NCBI GenBank assembly: GCA_963786955.1
Contig: CAWBAT010000009.1
Coordinates: 288,001-352,000, forward strand
Direction of reading: 5' to 3'
Length of the DNA stretch: 64,000 nt
Source of the DNA: an uncultured Acidimicrobiia bacterium
GTDB taxonomy: Bacteria; Acidobacteriota; Terriglobia; Versatilivoradales; Versatilivoraceae
Part shown: piece by piece, positions 40,927 to 51,604 of the stretch
Position numbering within the stretch: position 1 is the stretch's first letter
How the letters are laid out: each line of letters opens with the position of its first letter
The notes under the pieces: generated by a model
Databases searched by the model: none
Told to the model about the DNA's origin: nothing
What the model saw: the letters and a program-made list of their open reading frames with translations, nothing else
Made by a program: the position numbers and the translations under genes

Positions 40927-42135
40927 TTAAGACAAAATCCTTTTCTTAGCCAGAATCAGTGCCGTGTCAAGCTGGTCCACTTTCTTCCCTCCCCCCTGGG
41001 CCATGTTTCTGGAACCTCCCCCCTTCCCTTCGATGAGCTTACAGGATTCAGCCAGCAGATTCCGAAGATCATATGGTGATGATTCCGACTGGGAAAAGAT
41101 CAGGTTCGCTTGCCCTCCCCAACGGCACCCGAGCAACGCAATGAAGGGGCCTTGCTCATGGAGTGCCTGAATCATGAGCTTCAAGAACTCTGTCTCTTCA
41201 TCCTCAAAAAGCTCTTGGACAATCCTGAAGCCTTGATGTTCTTTAGCCAAACGATAAAGTTCCCGGGCGAGAAGGCTTGCCAGAACCTTGTTTTTGTCCT
41301 GCAATTTCTTGCGCAGGCTCTTGTTCTCTTGAATTTGCTTCTCAACGCGTTCCGGGACATCAGCCAAACCGACCGAGAATTGACGCGCGACCGCCGTCAG
41401 AGTCTCCAGATCGGACCGGTGAGTATTCAGCATGCGTTTTCCACAAACAAATTCCACTCGAACTTGACGGTTCACCCGTTCTGTCTTTCGAATCACGACG
41501 CTTCCGACTTCGGCCGTCTGCCTGACATGTGTTCCACCGCATGCGGACACATCGAAGTCTTCGATGCTCACAATCCGCAAGGGACCTTGACGCTGGCTTT
41601 CCTTACGCAGTCCCAGTTGCGGGACCTCTTCCGGAGTAACGATTCGGCTGGAGACGTTTCGATTCTCAGAAACGATTTCGTTGACCAGTTTTTCCGCTGC
41701 GCTGAGCTGCGAGAGGGTGACCCAGTCTGTATCCAAATCGATCGTGGCATAGTCGGAACTCAAATGAAACCCGATGGTGTTAAAGCGTGCGGTTGTCAGG
41801 AAAGCTTGAGAGAGGAGGTGTTGACCGGTGTGCTGCTGCATGTGGTCATGGCGACGCTCCCAATCAATCAGGCCCGTCGGGCGTTCAGCGGCGACTTCAT
41901 GACGCACGAGATGGACAACATTTCGATTGTCATCTTCAAAAACATCAAGGATCTCTTGCTCCCCAAGCCTTCCCAGATCATTGGGTTGACCGCCGGAGGT
42001 CGGGTAGAAGGCGGTCTGATCTAGGATGATGGCAAATCCACCATTCTTAGGGGTTGATGAGAGCCTTTCCGCTACAAACGTTTTTAAGTAGCTATCAGGA
42101 TAATAAAGCCGTTCGGTCATGGGATCGGAATGCAA
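40927..42135 (-). CDS. AlaX-type trans-editing protein with DHHA1 domain
   Basis: TAFYPTSGGQPND, MQQHTGQHLLS, ACGGTHV, GKGGG...AQGGG. Confidence 0.92.
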   Translation of the reverse strand: MHSDPMTERLYYPDSYLKTFVAERLSSTPKNGGFAIILDQTAFYPTSGGQPNDLGRLGEQEILDVFEDDNRNVVHLVRHEVAAERPTGLIDWERRHDHMQQHTGQHLLSQAFLTTARFNTIGFHLSSDYATIDLDTDWVTLSQLSAAEKLVNEIVSENRNVSSRIVTPEEVPQLGLRKESQRQGPLRIVSIEDFDVSACGGTHVRQTAEVGSVVIRKTERVNRQVRVEFVCGKRMLNTHRSDLETLTAVARQFSVGLADVPERVEKQIQENKSLRKKLQDKNKVLASLLARELYRLAKEHQGFRIVQELFEDEETEFLKLMIQALHEQGPFIALLGCRWGGQANLIFSQSESSPYDLRNLLAESCKLIEGKGGGSRNMAQGGGKKVDQLDTALILAKKRILS

Positions 42136-42155
42136 AAGTGGATCCTAACGATTTT

Positions 42156-43373
42156 TCAATTGTCACATTTTCCAAACAGGTGTTGGTATTTCAAACCAGA
42201 TCCCGTATTAAACAAGACGACCTCTTGATTTGGCTCAACGAATCCGGACCTCAGGAGTTTTCTCAGCGCAGAAACCGCAGCGGCTCCTTCGGGGGCAAGA
42301 AAAATTCCTTCGCAGGTCCCCGTCAGCCTGACGTCTTCCATCATCTCGGAATCCGTCACGGCAACGGCCGTTCCCTGACTCTGACGAAGGATCCGCAGCA
42401 TCATGAAGTCTCCGATGGCCTTAGGGACCCTCAACCCAGATGCGAGGGTGGTTGCTCCCTCCCATGCCTCAGCCCGCTCTTTGTTTTCCTGGAAAGCTTT
42501 GACGATTGGGGCACAGCCGGATGCCTGAACGGAAACCATCCGCGGCCTGCGCGAATCGATCCAACCCAATGCCTCCATTTCGTCGAATGCTTTCCACATC
42601 CCAATCAGGCCCGTCCCTCCGCCAGTCGGATAAATAATCACATCGGGAAGATGCCATCCCAGCTGCTCGGCAAGCTCCAATCCCAGGGTCTTCTTCCCTT
42701 CGACGCGGTAAGGCTCTTTTAGTGTGGAAACGTCAAACCATCCTTCCAGGTCTTTGCGTTCTGCAATTTGCTTTCCGCACTCCGTGATGAGCCCGTTAAC
42801 CAGCACGACCCGAGCCCCGGCAATCTCACATTCGATGCGATTCGCTGGCGGGCTATCGCGGGGCATGAAGATATGGGCCTCAAGCCCTCCGCGGGCGGCA
42901 TAGGCAGCTAGCGCCCCAGCGGCATTGCCGGCAGATGGGATTGCCAGCTTCTTGGCCCCAAGCACTTTTGCCATGCTGACAGCAACCGAAAGTCCGCGCG
43001 CTTTGAATGAACCCGTCGGGTTTAGGGATTCATCTTTGATCCATAACTTCTCGAGGCCAAAAGTTTTTCCCAGCCCGGGGACCGACAATAATGGAGTCCA
43101 TCCTTCTCCAAGTGAGAGGATATCCTCCGGCCTCTCAACCGGTAGAAGTTCCTTATAGCGCCACATCGTTGCCGGGCGGTGCCCTATCTGATCGGGCCGC
43201 AGAACCTGCTGTACACTCTTCAAATCATATCGAACCAGCAGTGGAGAACCGCAACGGCAAAGGTTAATGAGCTGCATGACAGGATACTGAATCTGACACA
43301 AGCTGCATTCGAGGTGAGTGGCGAACGGCATCTTTTCGGGTGAAAGGGATTGGAAATATTGTGAAACAGCCAA
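42156..43373 (-). CDS. thrC: Threonine synthase (PLP) with N-terminal Zn ribbon
   Basis: CSLC..CRCG, SLGEGWTPL, NPTGSFKARG, PSAGNA, YPTGGG, FNTGSGLK. Confidence 0.85.
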   Translation of the reverse strand: MAVSQYFQSLSPEKMPFATHLECSLCQIQYPVMQLINLCRCGSPLLVRYDLKSVQQVLRPDQIGHRPATMWRYKELLPVERPEDILSLGEGWTPLLSVPGLGKTFGLEKLWIKDESLNPTGSFKARGLSVAVSMAKVLGAKKLAIPSAGNAAGALAAYAARGGLEAHIFMPRDSPPANRIECEIAGARVVLVNGLITECGKQIAERKDLEGWFDVSTLKEPYRVEGKKTLGLELAEQLGWHLPDVIIYPTGGGTGLIGMWKAFDEMEALGWIDSRRPRMVSVQASGCAPIVKAFQENKERAEAWEGATTLASGLRVPKAIGDFMMLRILRQSQGTAVAVTDSEMMEDVRLTGTCEGIFLAPEGAAAVSALRKLLRSGFVEPNQEVVLFNTGSGLKYQHLFGKCDN

Positions 43374-43635
43374 TAGTATAGCCTATTGTGAATCAATTTC
43401 AATTTTGTACATGGGGAATGAATCTATCCTTGCGTTCAAAATCGCCTTGGTTTACACTTCTGACCTTTGTAACGCTCCAAAGCTTGGAGATCTAAAGGGG
43501 TTGTGTCATTGATTGAAGTATGCCAGTGTTACGAAGATGATCGATCCAATTAAGCCATCTTAAGGCAATAAGGGTATTGCTTACCCGAAGAAAAACCCCG
43601 TGAAACCGGGTTTGATTTAAAGGAGGTAGAAAATT

Positions 43636-44742
43636 ATGAAGGGTTCTCAGAAATTTATCTTACCGGCACTGTGTCTCATCTTCCTGGCTGGTGCGTGTCT
43701 CTCCCTCATCGCTCAGGAACAAAAGCAGCCACAAGCGAAGACACAGGTAGAATATGATGCCTATATGGCTGCCTACAAAGAACAGGCCCCAGCCGCGAAA
43801 GCTGAATTAGCCAGTAAGTTTCTGACAGATTTCCCGGATTCTGAATTCAAGATATACATTTACCAGATGCTTATCGATAGCTACAGCCGCGTGGGAAACC
43901 CGGCCAAAGTGACCGAATACGGTGAAAAGTTTCTTGCGGAATTTCCTCAGGCCGACAATACCACCAAAAAATTTATCCTACAGCGTTTGATGGGAGCCTA
44001 CCAGCAGCAGAACAATTTTGACAAAACAGTCGAAACCGGTGAAAAGCTTCTGGCTATAGACCCTAAAGATCTCCCTTCCCTGCTCACGCTGGCAAGCATT
44101 CTCCCCGAGCGATTGCCTGCGGATGATGCCAAGAAAGCCGAACAATTAGATAAGGCCCAAGGGTTTGCCGAGAGAGCTCTCACAGAAATCAATGCGCTCC
44201 AGAAACCCGCCGGATCCACCATGACGGACGAGCAATGGACGAATGAAAAGAACAAGCTTCTTTCCAGCGTTTACTCGTCTACCGGGTTGATTTTCCTGAA
44301 TAAGAAGGACTACAACAAGTCCATCGAGCAATACTCTCTCGCCACCAACTTAAATCAGACAAACCCAATCGATTTTTATCGCCTTGGGATTTCATACACA
44401 TTTCTGGCGAGAAACGCTGCCAAAGAATTAAATGAACTTGTGGCCAATATCAACGCACTCCAGATCGAGCTTCAATCCGTCACCGACCCTGCCGTCAAAG
44501 AAGAAAAAGAGAAGAAGCTTACCGAACTTAAGGCAAAACAAGCAGAGGACGAGAAAAAGTTCCCGGAAAATCGCGACAAGGGCATCACTGCGTTGGCAAA
44601 ATCGGTCTTTCTCAAGGGCGTGACGGAACAACAAGCACGTTCACAGCTAGAGGCACTTTATAAGAGCAAGAACAATAACAGCTTGGACGGGTTAGATGCC
44701 GTGATACAAAAAGCAGGCGCGGAATTGAAAAAGCCGGCCTAG
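43636..44742 (+). CDS. Secreted TPR-like helical protein
   Basis: RBS AAGGAGG, signal peptide, TPR-like helices, coiled-coil insert. Confidence 0.75.
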   Translation: MKGSQKFILPALCLIFLAGACLSLIAQEQKQPQAKTQVEYDAYMAAYKEQAPAAKAELASKFLTDFPDSEFKIYIYQMLIDSYSRVGNPAKVTEYGEKFLAEFPQADNTTKKFILQRLMGAYQQQNNFDKTVETGEKLLAIDPKDLPSLLTLASILPERLPADDAKKAEQLDKAQGFAERALTEINALQKPAGSTMTDEQWTNEKNKLLSSVYSSTGLIFLNKKDYNKSIEQYSLATNLNQTNPIDFYRLGISYTFLARNAAKELNELVANINALQIELQSVTDPAVKEEKEKKLTELKAKQAEDEKKFPENRDKGITALAKSVFLKGVTEQQARSQLEALYKSKNNNSLDGLDAVIQKAGAELKKPA

Positions 44743-44800
44743 TAAGCGGGAGTGGATACAAACAAAATCCGGCTCGCAGGGTAGACAAGCAAGTAATCGG

Positions 44801-44832
44801 AAGCCAAGGGTTTATCCCTTGGCTTTTTTTTT
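44801..44832 (+). terminator. Intrinsic terminator
   Basis: AAGCCAAGGG-tttat-CCCTTGGCTT followed by a T tract. Confidence 0.9.
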
Positions 44833-45022
44833 GAATCGAGCTATTCGACTTTTGCAGGAAACTTTTCGCGGGGGCCGTTAGCGTCCAGGTCGGGAGAATG
44901 ATAAACGAGCGCTGGAGTGCCGTAATCCGGGCAGTTGGTGATCCTGTGGAAGGTGCTCCCGTTCCACATCCCCGGCTGCAGAATCTAAAGCGAATGGATG
45001 CCTGTTGGCGCTATTTGAATTG

Positions 45023-45647
45023 TTATTTTGATGATTGAAGAGTGGATTCGGAAACCTTTACGCCAAGTTTCTCCAGCAGCCCTTCAATCTCGAACTCACG
45101 ACCGGCTTTCACGGTTAGGCCAAAAGGATTCCTTGGATTATCCTCTCGACTCAAAACAAAATCGGTTCCATTGAGTAGATCTGCAAAAAAGAATTTGATT
45201 TCCGGCTCAATCGATTCATACGATGACTGAAAATTAGGCACGAGAAGGCGATCATTGACAGAGACTTTGAGTTCACTTCTTCCGAATCGGATCTGGCCTT
45301 TGAGCCGGTCGTCTGCTTCGAGTCTATCGCATGCCTTCAGCGCAGCATCTTAAAGCCTGACACAATCGATCCGGGTTCGTTCCGTCGACTTTGGTCTTCC
45401 GATTATACCGCATGCCCAGACGATTTTCACTGTTGTCGACACTATAATCAGCCTCATGTCCAACCAAAACAATGCCGGGGCCAGCGGGGACATGACGGTA
45501 GTCGGCAACATCAATCAAGAGCTCATCCCAAATTTGCGTCTGGATCCAACTGTGGAATACAGGGACGACTCCCCACAAATCGAGACTTGGAGACGAATCC
45601 AGAAATAGCTTCACATTAATATGCTGTAATTCCATATCGGGATTCAT
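45023..45647 (-). CDS. Hypothetical protein coupled to the reductase (frameshifted near 45300-45345)
   Basis: ATG overlaps the reductase stop; LQHINVK, VFHSWIQ, ELLIDVADYRHVPAGPGIVLVGH; C-terminal part in ORF 45023-45241. Confidence 0.7.
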
Positions 45648-47914
45648 TATTTCGGGAGCGCGTGACTTGACAGTGACCCTAAGCGTGCATAACAGCTGTG
45701 TGAAGCTTCAATAAAAAGCTGTGCTTCTTCAATGAGCTGGTGGGAAACCTCTTCGCTCTCGGAATGGCCTTTCTTGAGGTGGGCCGCGAAAAGATACTGC
45801 GCGAATCTTCCTCCCATGATGGGGTCGAAAAAACGCTCCGTGTCATAAAACAGGCGCCGAAATTCCTTTACAATCTCATCCTCATCCTCACGGATGTCTA
45901 GAAATTCAAAACGAATGAGTGCTTTGGCGGCGTGGAGCATGGCATCATAAGCCGTCTTCCCAGCCCGCAGTACACTTCCCTGCTCCAATAACAATTGGGC
46001 CTCAAAGACTTCTCTTTCAGCATTTGCCAGGCCAAACTCCACAGCAGAAACCACTTCTCCAGCACACTCCCCTTTGGCGATATCTTCCACGCTGTATTCC
46101 CGAGGATCACCCCAATCACTGAAATAGGATCGGTCTGTCTGCTCTCCGGGCAAGCGGGACAAGTCATCCAGCAGCGTCTTAATCTCTGCCTTTCCAACTC
46201 GCTTGATAAAATCCTTAAACGGCTCTCCCTTCTCCCTTCGAATAAGAAAATGATTGCAGATCCGACTGACCGCTTCTGGAATATTTTTCGAAGGGATCGC
46301 CACCATGGGTAAACCGTAAGAGCCTGCGTTATTTGTCCACTCGCCTCCCAAGACTACCTGAAAATGAGGCACGGTATATCCGGCTATTTTCCGGCTTACT
46401 CCGTAGAAACCAATGTCTGCGATATGATGTTGTCCACAACTATTGAAACACCCGCTGATTTTGATATGCAAGTCCTGAATGGCCTGATTCAGCTCGAAGC
46501 TTTTTTGTGCAAGACGCTTGCGCAACTCCACCGCCAAGCCTCGAGAGGAGGAGATTCCTAATTTGCAGGTGTCGGTACCAGGACAGGCTACAATGTCTAC
46601 AATAGACCCCGCCCCCGGCTCGGCAAGCTTGATTTCCTCTAACGCGGCAAAAAGCTGCGGCAAATCCATCTGGTTCACCCAGCGCAGGACAAAATTTTGT
46701 TCCACCGATGTCCGAATCGCATCTGGTGTGAAATGACGGACAATGTCGGCCAGTCCACGCAACTGCCCGGCAGCAATATCACCCAACGGAAGTGACACGG
46801 TGACCATGGAGTATCCGGCCTGGCGTTGAGGCTTCACATTCGTTTCAAGCCATCGCCTGTACGATGGGGAGGGGAGCGATGCAAGCTCTCCTCCAGGGGT
46901 CCATGCAGGTTCAGAATGATCCTGTGACTCCTCGATCAGGTCTTTCCACCGGGAATCGTGCGGGAGTTTAGTCCTCTCTTCAAGGACCGCTTCACGAAAC
47001 TTTTCGATCCCCATTTCGTGAACGAGAAATTTGATGCGAGCTCGATTTCTATTCTTTTTCTCGCCCAGACGAGCAAATACCCGAGCAATGGCCTGGGCAA
47101 TCGGCAATAACTCTTCGACGGGTAAGAAATCTGCGAAGACCTTTGCCTGGTAGGGAACAGGTCCCAGCCCGCCACCGACAAAGACCTTGAACCCCTTTTG
47201 AGCCCCCGCCGCCTCGATTCGCGTGACGGCCAGGAGTCCCAGATCGTGCATGTGCGTGAGCCCACAGGCATGCTGGTGACAACCACTGAAGGCCGGTTTG
47301 AATTTTCTCCCAAAATCCTGGCAATCGGGGTGCCCCAGAAGAAACTTGGAAAGTGCTTTGGCATAGGGCGTAACATCAAACGCTTCATCCACACAAACGC
47401 CAGAAAAAGGACACGCGGTGACGTTTCGTACCGAATTTCCGCAGGCTTCCCGGGTCGTAATTCCGACGGCTGCAAGACGCCGCATCACAGTCGGAGTATT
47501 GTCGATGTGCACAAAGTGCAATTGGAAATCCTGACGGGTTGTCACATGAACAATCCCGTCGGAATACTCTTCCGCCAAGTCAGCTAGCGTTTCCAGTTGA
47601 CTTGCTCGGACTCCCCCGAAGGGTATTTTGATGCGCTGCATCCCGGGAGCATCCCACAAGGTGTTCGGCCCTTTGGTCGGCAATTCCGGAGCATAATTCA
47701 ACAATCTCACTTCTTTGCCATTATGCCGTTGACCATTATCGTAACGCTGGCCATACACGCCCCGCCGCAGGCGTTTTTCAGCAAATAACTTCTCTTCGAG
47801 CTTGCCTTGCTTCCGAAGATAGATTTCGGTCTCGAAAATATCAATTTCACGCGCCAAGTCTTCTGGAATCTGGCTCGATAACCTGGTTTTCCAAAGCGGG
47901 TTAGACGCTTTCAT
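45647..47914 (-). CDS. Siroheme ferredoxin-type sulfite/nitrite reductase with C-terminal HEPN-like domain
   Basis: HVTTRQDFQLH, CGNSVRNVTAC, RKFK, ACPGTDTC, SGCFNSCG; tail AYDAMLHAAKAL. Confidence 0.9.
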   Translation of the reverse strand: MKASNPLWKTRLSSQIPEDLAREIDIFETEIYLRKQGKLEEKLFAEKRLRRGVYGQRYDNGQRHNGKEVRLLNYAPELPTKGPNTLWDAPGMQRIKIPFGGVRASQLETLADLAEEYSDGIVHVTTRQDFQLHFVHIDNTPTVMRRLAAVGITTREACGNSVRNVTACPFSGVCVDEAFDVTPYAKALSKFLLGHPDCQDFGRKFKPAFSGCHQHACGLTHMHDLGLLAVTRIEAAGAQKGFKVFVGGGLGPVPYQAKVFADFLPVEELLPIAQAIARVFARLGEKKNRNRARIKFLVHEMGIEKFREAVLEERTKLPHDSRWKDLIEESQDHSEPAWTPGGELASLPSPSYRRWLETNVKPQRQAGYSMVTVSLPLGDIAAGQLRGLADIVRHFTPDAIRTSVEQNFVLRWVNQMDLPQLFAALEEIKLAEPGAGSIVDIVACPGTDTCKLGISSSRGLAVELRKRLAQKSFELNQAIQDLHIKISGCFNSCGQHHIADIGFYGVSRKIAGYTVPHFQVVLGGEWTNNAGSYGLPMVAIPSKNIPEAVSRICNHFLIRREKGEPFKDFIKRVGKAEIKTLLDDLSRLPGEQTDRSYFSDWGDPREYSVEDIAKGECAGEVVSAVEFGLANAEREVFEAQLLLEQGSVLRAGKTAYDAMLHAAKALIRFEFLDIREDEDEIVKEFRRLFYDTERFFDPIMGGRFAQYLFAAHLKKGHSESEEVSHQLIEEAQLFIEASHSCYARLGSLSSHALPK

Positions 47915-48392
47915 GGATGTTCTTTTTCTACTCCTTCAACTGGTTATCAAGACTCTACTGGCAAGACGCAAAGGCGTCCTCTAATGTGTATATATTAGTA
48001 TGTTGATCAAAAAAGGCAAGTATTATTGAATTGCTTGTGCTTTCGGAACGATCTTCACCGGAATCAACTGATTCTTTGACCCTTAAACACGGTCCAGGTA
48101 ACGTCGCATGGCTGGATGAAGAAGTTTCAACATTCCAGAATGTTTAGCCCCCGATGAGGACAGATCAGAATTAATCATCATAGCCAATATATCGGGGCTT
48201 GCAACAAGAGGAGCGTTCCTCAATTCCAATGCTCTTCTCTACCCATGCCTGCAAACCGAAATTCCGATCGATACCCCTTGATGCTTCACACGGGATCCTG
48301 GTTTGCAGATCTGAAATGAAAGAATTTTCAAAGAGGTGATTCGTTTCTAATCTTTATCGGGTATAATAGCGATAGTTGATGCAGATGGAGTT

Positions 48393-48797
48393 ATGTTGAA
48401 GAAGACCCTGATTGTTCCACTTTTACTCGTTTGGTGTGCTCTTCATTTGCTCACCCCCTTTGCAGCGGTTTGTTCAACTGGCTGCCGTGGGATAATGCCA
48501 GGCCCGGTTGCAACTCCGACTTCACACGCCTGCTGCCTTAATCACCTCAAGCCTCGAAGTGAAATCAAAGCCTCTCCGGCTTGCGCTTGTCCTTTCATGT
48601 TGAGAAAGCCTTCTCGCCTTGAGGCAGAAGTCGTCCTCGCACCGCTAGAGGAAAGAGGGAAGGTACGACCCATAGCCTTTGGCAACGGCACTCTGCTCCT
48701 TTCAGCGAAAATCGCGGACATTTGCTTCTCCCCTCCCGGTTCACCACCCCTCTACCAACCCGATTGTTCGGGCACTCATTCTGTTTTGCGGATCTAG
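48393..48797 (+). CDS. Cys/His-rich small exported protein ahead of the metal efflux operon
   Basis: Hydrophobic N-terminus, HACC, CAC, C-terminal SPP...VLRI. Confidence 0.6.
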   Translation: MLKKTLIVPLLLVWCALHLLTPFAAVCSTGCRGIMPGPVATPTSHACCLNHLKPRSEIKASPACACPFMLRKPSRLEAEVVLAPLEERGKVRPIAFGNGTLLLSAKIADICFSPPGSPPLYQPDCSGTHSVLRI

Positions 48798-48914
48798 TTT
48801 CATTTTTTCCACTGAAGCTTCAAATCGTTTCCTATTTGATATCGCTGCGATAATCCGCAAGCGGCAATCCATCACTTGAAGTTTTCAAATTGCTCCTGAA
48901 CCTATGGGAGCCAT

Positions 48915-50288
48915 TTGATCAGGAAGGGAAAAATGAAACCGAGGTTAGCGCTGTGTTTGGGGCTAGTGCTCTTATTCACTGAGACCAGTAAATCGGAAGA
49001 GAAGATTCTGCAGATTGCCGGAGCCAATACCATGGCAGCTCCATGGAGCCCTCAAGCTGCAGTGCAAGAAAAAGAAACCGAGATTAACCTGAACTTTCTG
49101 CTCGATGAGCTTTTTCGGTCCAACCCGGACCTGGCGGCCGCCAAGAAACGCCTCGAGGCCTTACAAACCAGACCCTTTCAAGAAGGCTCGCTCCCTGACC
49201 CTAAAATTAGCCTGGGATGGCTCAGCAATGGGAATCCTCTGCCCGGGGCCGGACTGGGGGTCGAACCAACAAGTAATATTGGATTTCAGTTATCTCAGGG
49301 ATTCCCTTATCCCGGCAAGCGTTCCCTCAAGAGTACGATCGCCCGCAAGGAAGCGGAATCTACAGCGATGGGGCTGCAGGCATTCGAACGTTTTCTCGTC
49401 AAGCAACTTAAAGCTGCCTTCTACGAACTCGAGTATGTTTACGACACAATCGAACTCTTAGTACGAAATCGCGAGGTGTTGCAACGCCTGGCCAAAGTCG
49501 CGGACAGCCGTTATACTTTGGGCCATGGCATTCAACAGGACTTGATCAAAGCCCAATTGGAACTGACGCTTCTCGAAAAGAAGCTCATTGTCGAAGAGCA
49601 AAAAAAGGCTAACCTCAAGGCACAAATCAACACGATATTGAACCGGTCTCCAAACGACCCGCTCGGTCGCCCTCAAAAGATCCAAGAGCTTCCGTCTCTG
49701 GGTAAGTTCGAAGAGCTCAATCGTCATGCCGAGCAGTTCTCCCCCAGGTTGAAATCTCAACGCGCCATGATTGACGGCAAGCAATTCGGGGTACAACTTG
49801 CCCAACGCGAGTATTACCCGGATTTCGACGTCATGGGGGGCTACTACAACATGGGCGGTCTAAAAGATATGTGGGAATTCAAAGTTCAATTAAACATTCC
49901 GATTTACTTCTGGAGAAAGCAGCGTCTGGGACTCGAAGAGTCTTCCTATCGACTAGTTGAAGCGCAAAAGACCTATCGTGCGGCGGAGCAGGAACTTGCC
50001 TACCGGGTGAGGGACCAGTTTCTTTCCGCCCAAACGGCTCAATCGCTTTTGGATCTTTACAGACAGCGAGTGATTCCGCAGGCGCGGTTGACAATGGAAT
50101 CGTCACTCAGCAGCTACGAGTCGGGGGCGGTTGACTTTCTGACGGTTCTCTCGAATTTCAGCACGATCCTTGAGAACGAGAAAGATTATTACGAGCAGCG
50201 CACAGCATATCTGAAGGCAATGGCAAATTTGGAAGAGGCCTTCGCATTGAATTTAGATCCAGCGCAACAACAAGAGGCAAAACCATGA
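48915..50288 (+). CDS. TolC-family outer membrane efflux protein
   Basis: SLPDP, QGFPYPGKR, YYPDF, YESGAVDFLTVL. Confidence 0.9.
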   Translation: MIRKGKMKPRLALCLGLVLLFTETSKSEEKILQIAGANTMAAPWSPQAAVQEKETEINLNFLLDELFRSNPDLAAAKKRLEALQTRPFQEGSLPDPKISLGWLSNGNPLPGAGLGVEPTSNIGFQLSQGFPYPGKRSLKSTIARKEAESTAMGLQAFERFLVKQLKAAFYELEYVYDTIELLVRNREVLQRLAKVADSRYTLGHGIQQDLIKAQLELTLLEKKLIVEEQKKANLKAQINTILNRSPNDPLGRPQKIQELPSLGKFEELNRHAEQFSPRLKSQRAMIDGKQFGVQLAQREYYPDFDVMGGYYNMGGLKDMWEFKVQLNIPIYFWRKQRLGLEESSYRLVEAQKTYRAAEQELAYRVRDQFLSAQTAQSLLDLYRQRVIPQARLTMESSLSSYESGAVDFLTVLSNFSTILENEKDYYEQRTAYLKAMANLEEAFALNLDPAQQQEAKP

Positions 50289-51592
50289 AGAACTTTATCT
50301 TTGGATTTCTGATCGCAGCGGCAATGGTGGGTGGCGGCATGTGGATTTTTTTGAGACCTCACTCGGTAGAGATTGTGTCTCAAAAAGGCCACGTCCAATA
50401 TCATTGCCCCATGCATCCCAATTTCGTATCCGACAAACCCGGAGATTGCCCGATCTGTGGCATGAAACTGGTTCCGAGTGATGAGGAACCAGGAACGGCC
50501 GCTCATGACAAACATCCGCAGCCGTCAGACATGCCTCAAGAGAAAGCGGAAGTTTCCGTGCCTGGCTACGCCCCTGTAGCAATCACGCCGGAAAAACAAC
50601 AACTGATCGGGATCAGAACAGAACCGGCAAGAATGATTGATCTCGAGCAAACGATCAAGACGGTCGGCCGGGTGACTGCCGATGAAACACGCCTGCACCA
50701 TATTCACTCAAAGTTTGAAGGATATATCGAGCACACCTTTGCGAACTTTGTCGGGCAATACGTAAAGAAAGGAGACCCGCTGTTCTCCATCTACTCGCCG
50801 GAACTTCTGGCGACACAGAAGGAGTTTCTTCTGGCTCTGAAAATGCGTGATGAGTCCCCGGCTCTCGAAGCCCAGATGGTTTCCTCTGGCACGAACCTGG
50901 TGGAATCCGCTCGGCAGCGACTGCAATTGTTGGATGTTAGTGATGGAGAAATCAATCAAGTCGAAAAGACACGGCAGCCCATAAAAGCCCTTCTGTTCTA
51001 CTCGCCTTACAGTGGATTTGTCACTGCAAAGATGGCATCCCATGGAGTGAAGGTCTCACCCAACGACGCACTCTACGATATTACAGACCTTTCGGCCGTC
51101 TGGGTCATCGCCGACGTCTACGAAGACAGCTTGGCATTGATCCGCGAAGGCCAACCGGCAGAAGTGAGTCTGACTTTTATCCCTGGGCGAAAGTGGCGAG
51201 GGCGTATTTCTTACATTTTTCCAATGCTCGATGAAAAGACGAGGACGGCCAAAATTCGATTGGAATTCCCCAATCCCGGAAATCTTTTAAAGCCCGAGAT
51301 GTATGCCGACGTGGAAATCAAAGCCAGCTATGGGAAAGGCCTGGTCATTCCTGAAAGCGCTGTGATCTCAACCGGCGATCGGATGATCGTCTTTGTTGCC
51401 AAGGGACAAAACCAGTTTGTCCCCAGGGAAATCACGACCGGGCTGAAATTAAAAGGTCTTTATGAAGTCCAGGAGGGGCTGTCCACGGGGGAGCAAGTCG
51501 TCACCGAAGCGAATTTCATGCTGGATTCCGAATCTAAACTTCAATCAGCAATTTCCAGTACAGACAACCCCGTGCACCGTCACGGACCCTAA
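50285..51592 (+). CDS. cusB: CusB-like RND periplasmic adaptor with heavy-metal-binding domain
   Basis: YHCPMHP...PGDCPICGMKL, IYSPELLATQKE, LKPEMYADV. Confidence 0.9.
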   Translation: MKNFIFGFLIAAAMVGGGMWIFLRPHSVEIVSQKGHVQYHCPMHPNFVSDKPGDCPICGMKLVPSDEEPGTAAHDKHPQPSDMPQEKAEVSVPGYAPVAITPEKQQLIGIRTEPARMIDLEQTIKTVGRVTADETRLHHIHSKFEGYIEHTFANFVGQYVKKGDPLFSIYSPELLATQKEFLLALKMRDESPALEAQMVSSGTNLVESARQRLQLLDVSDGEINQVEKTRQPIKALLFYSPYSGFVTAKMASHGVKVSPNDALYDITDLSAVWVIADVYEDSLALIREGQPAEVSLTFIPGRKWRGRISYIFPMLDEKTRTAKIRLEFPNPGNLLKPEMYADVEIKASYGKGLVIPESAVISTGDRMIVFVAKGQNQFVPREITTGLKLKGLYEVQEGLSTGEQVVTEANFMLDSESKLQSAISSTDNPVHRHGP

Positions 51593-51604
51593 AAGAGCGT
51601 TCCC

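Noticed and set aside
41110-42722. 304-aa and 222-aa + strand ORFs
   Set aside because: Antisense to alaX and thrC, with no recognisable motifs.
47920-48000. SAM-I riboswitch before the reductase
   Set aside because: TTATCAAGA is on the wrong strand and the other conserved elements are missing.
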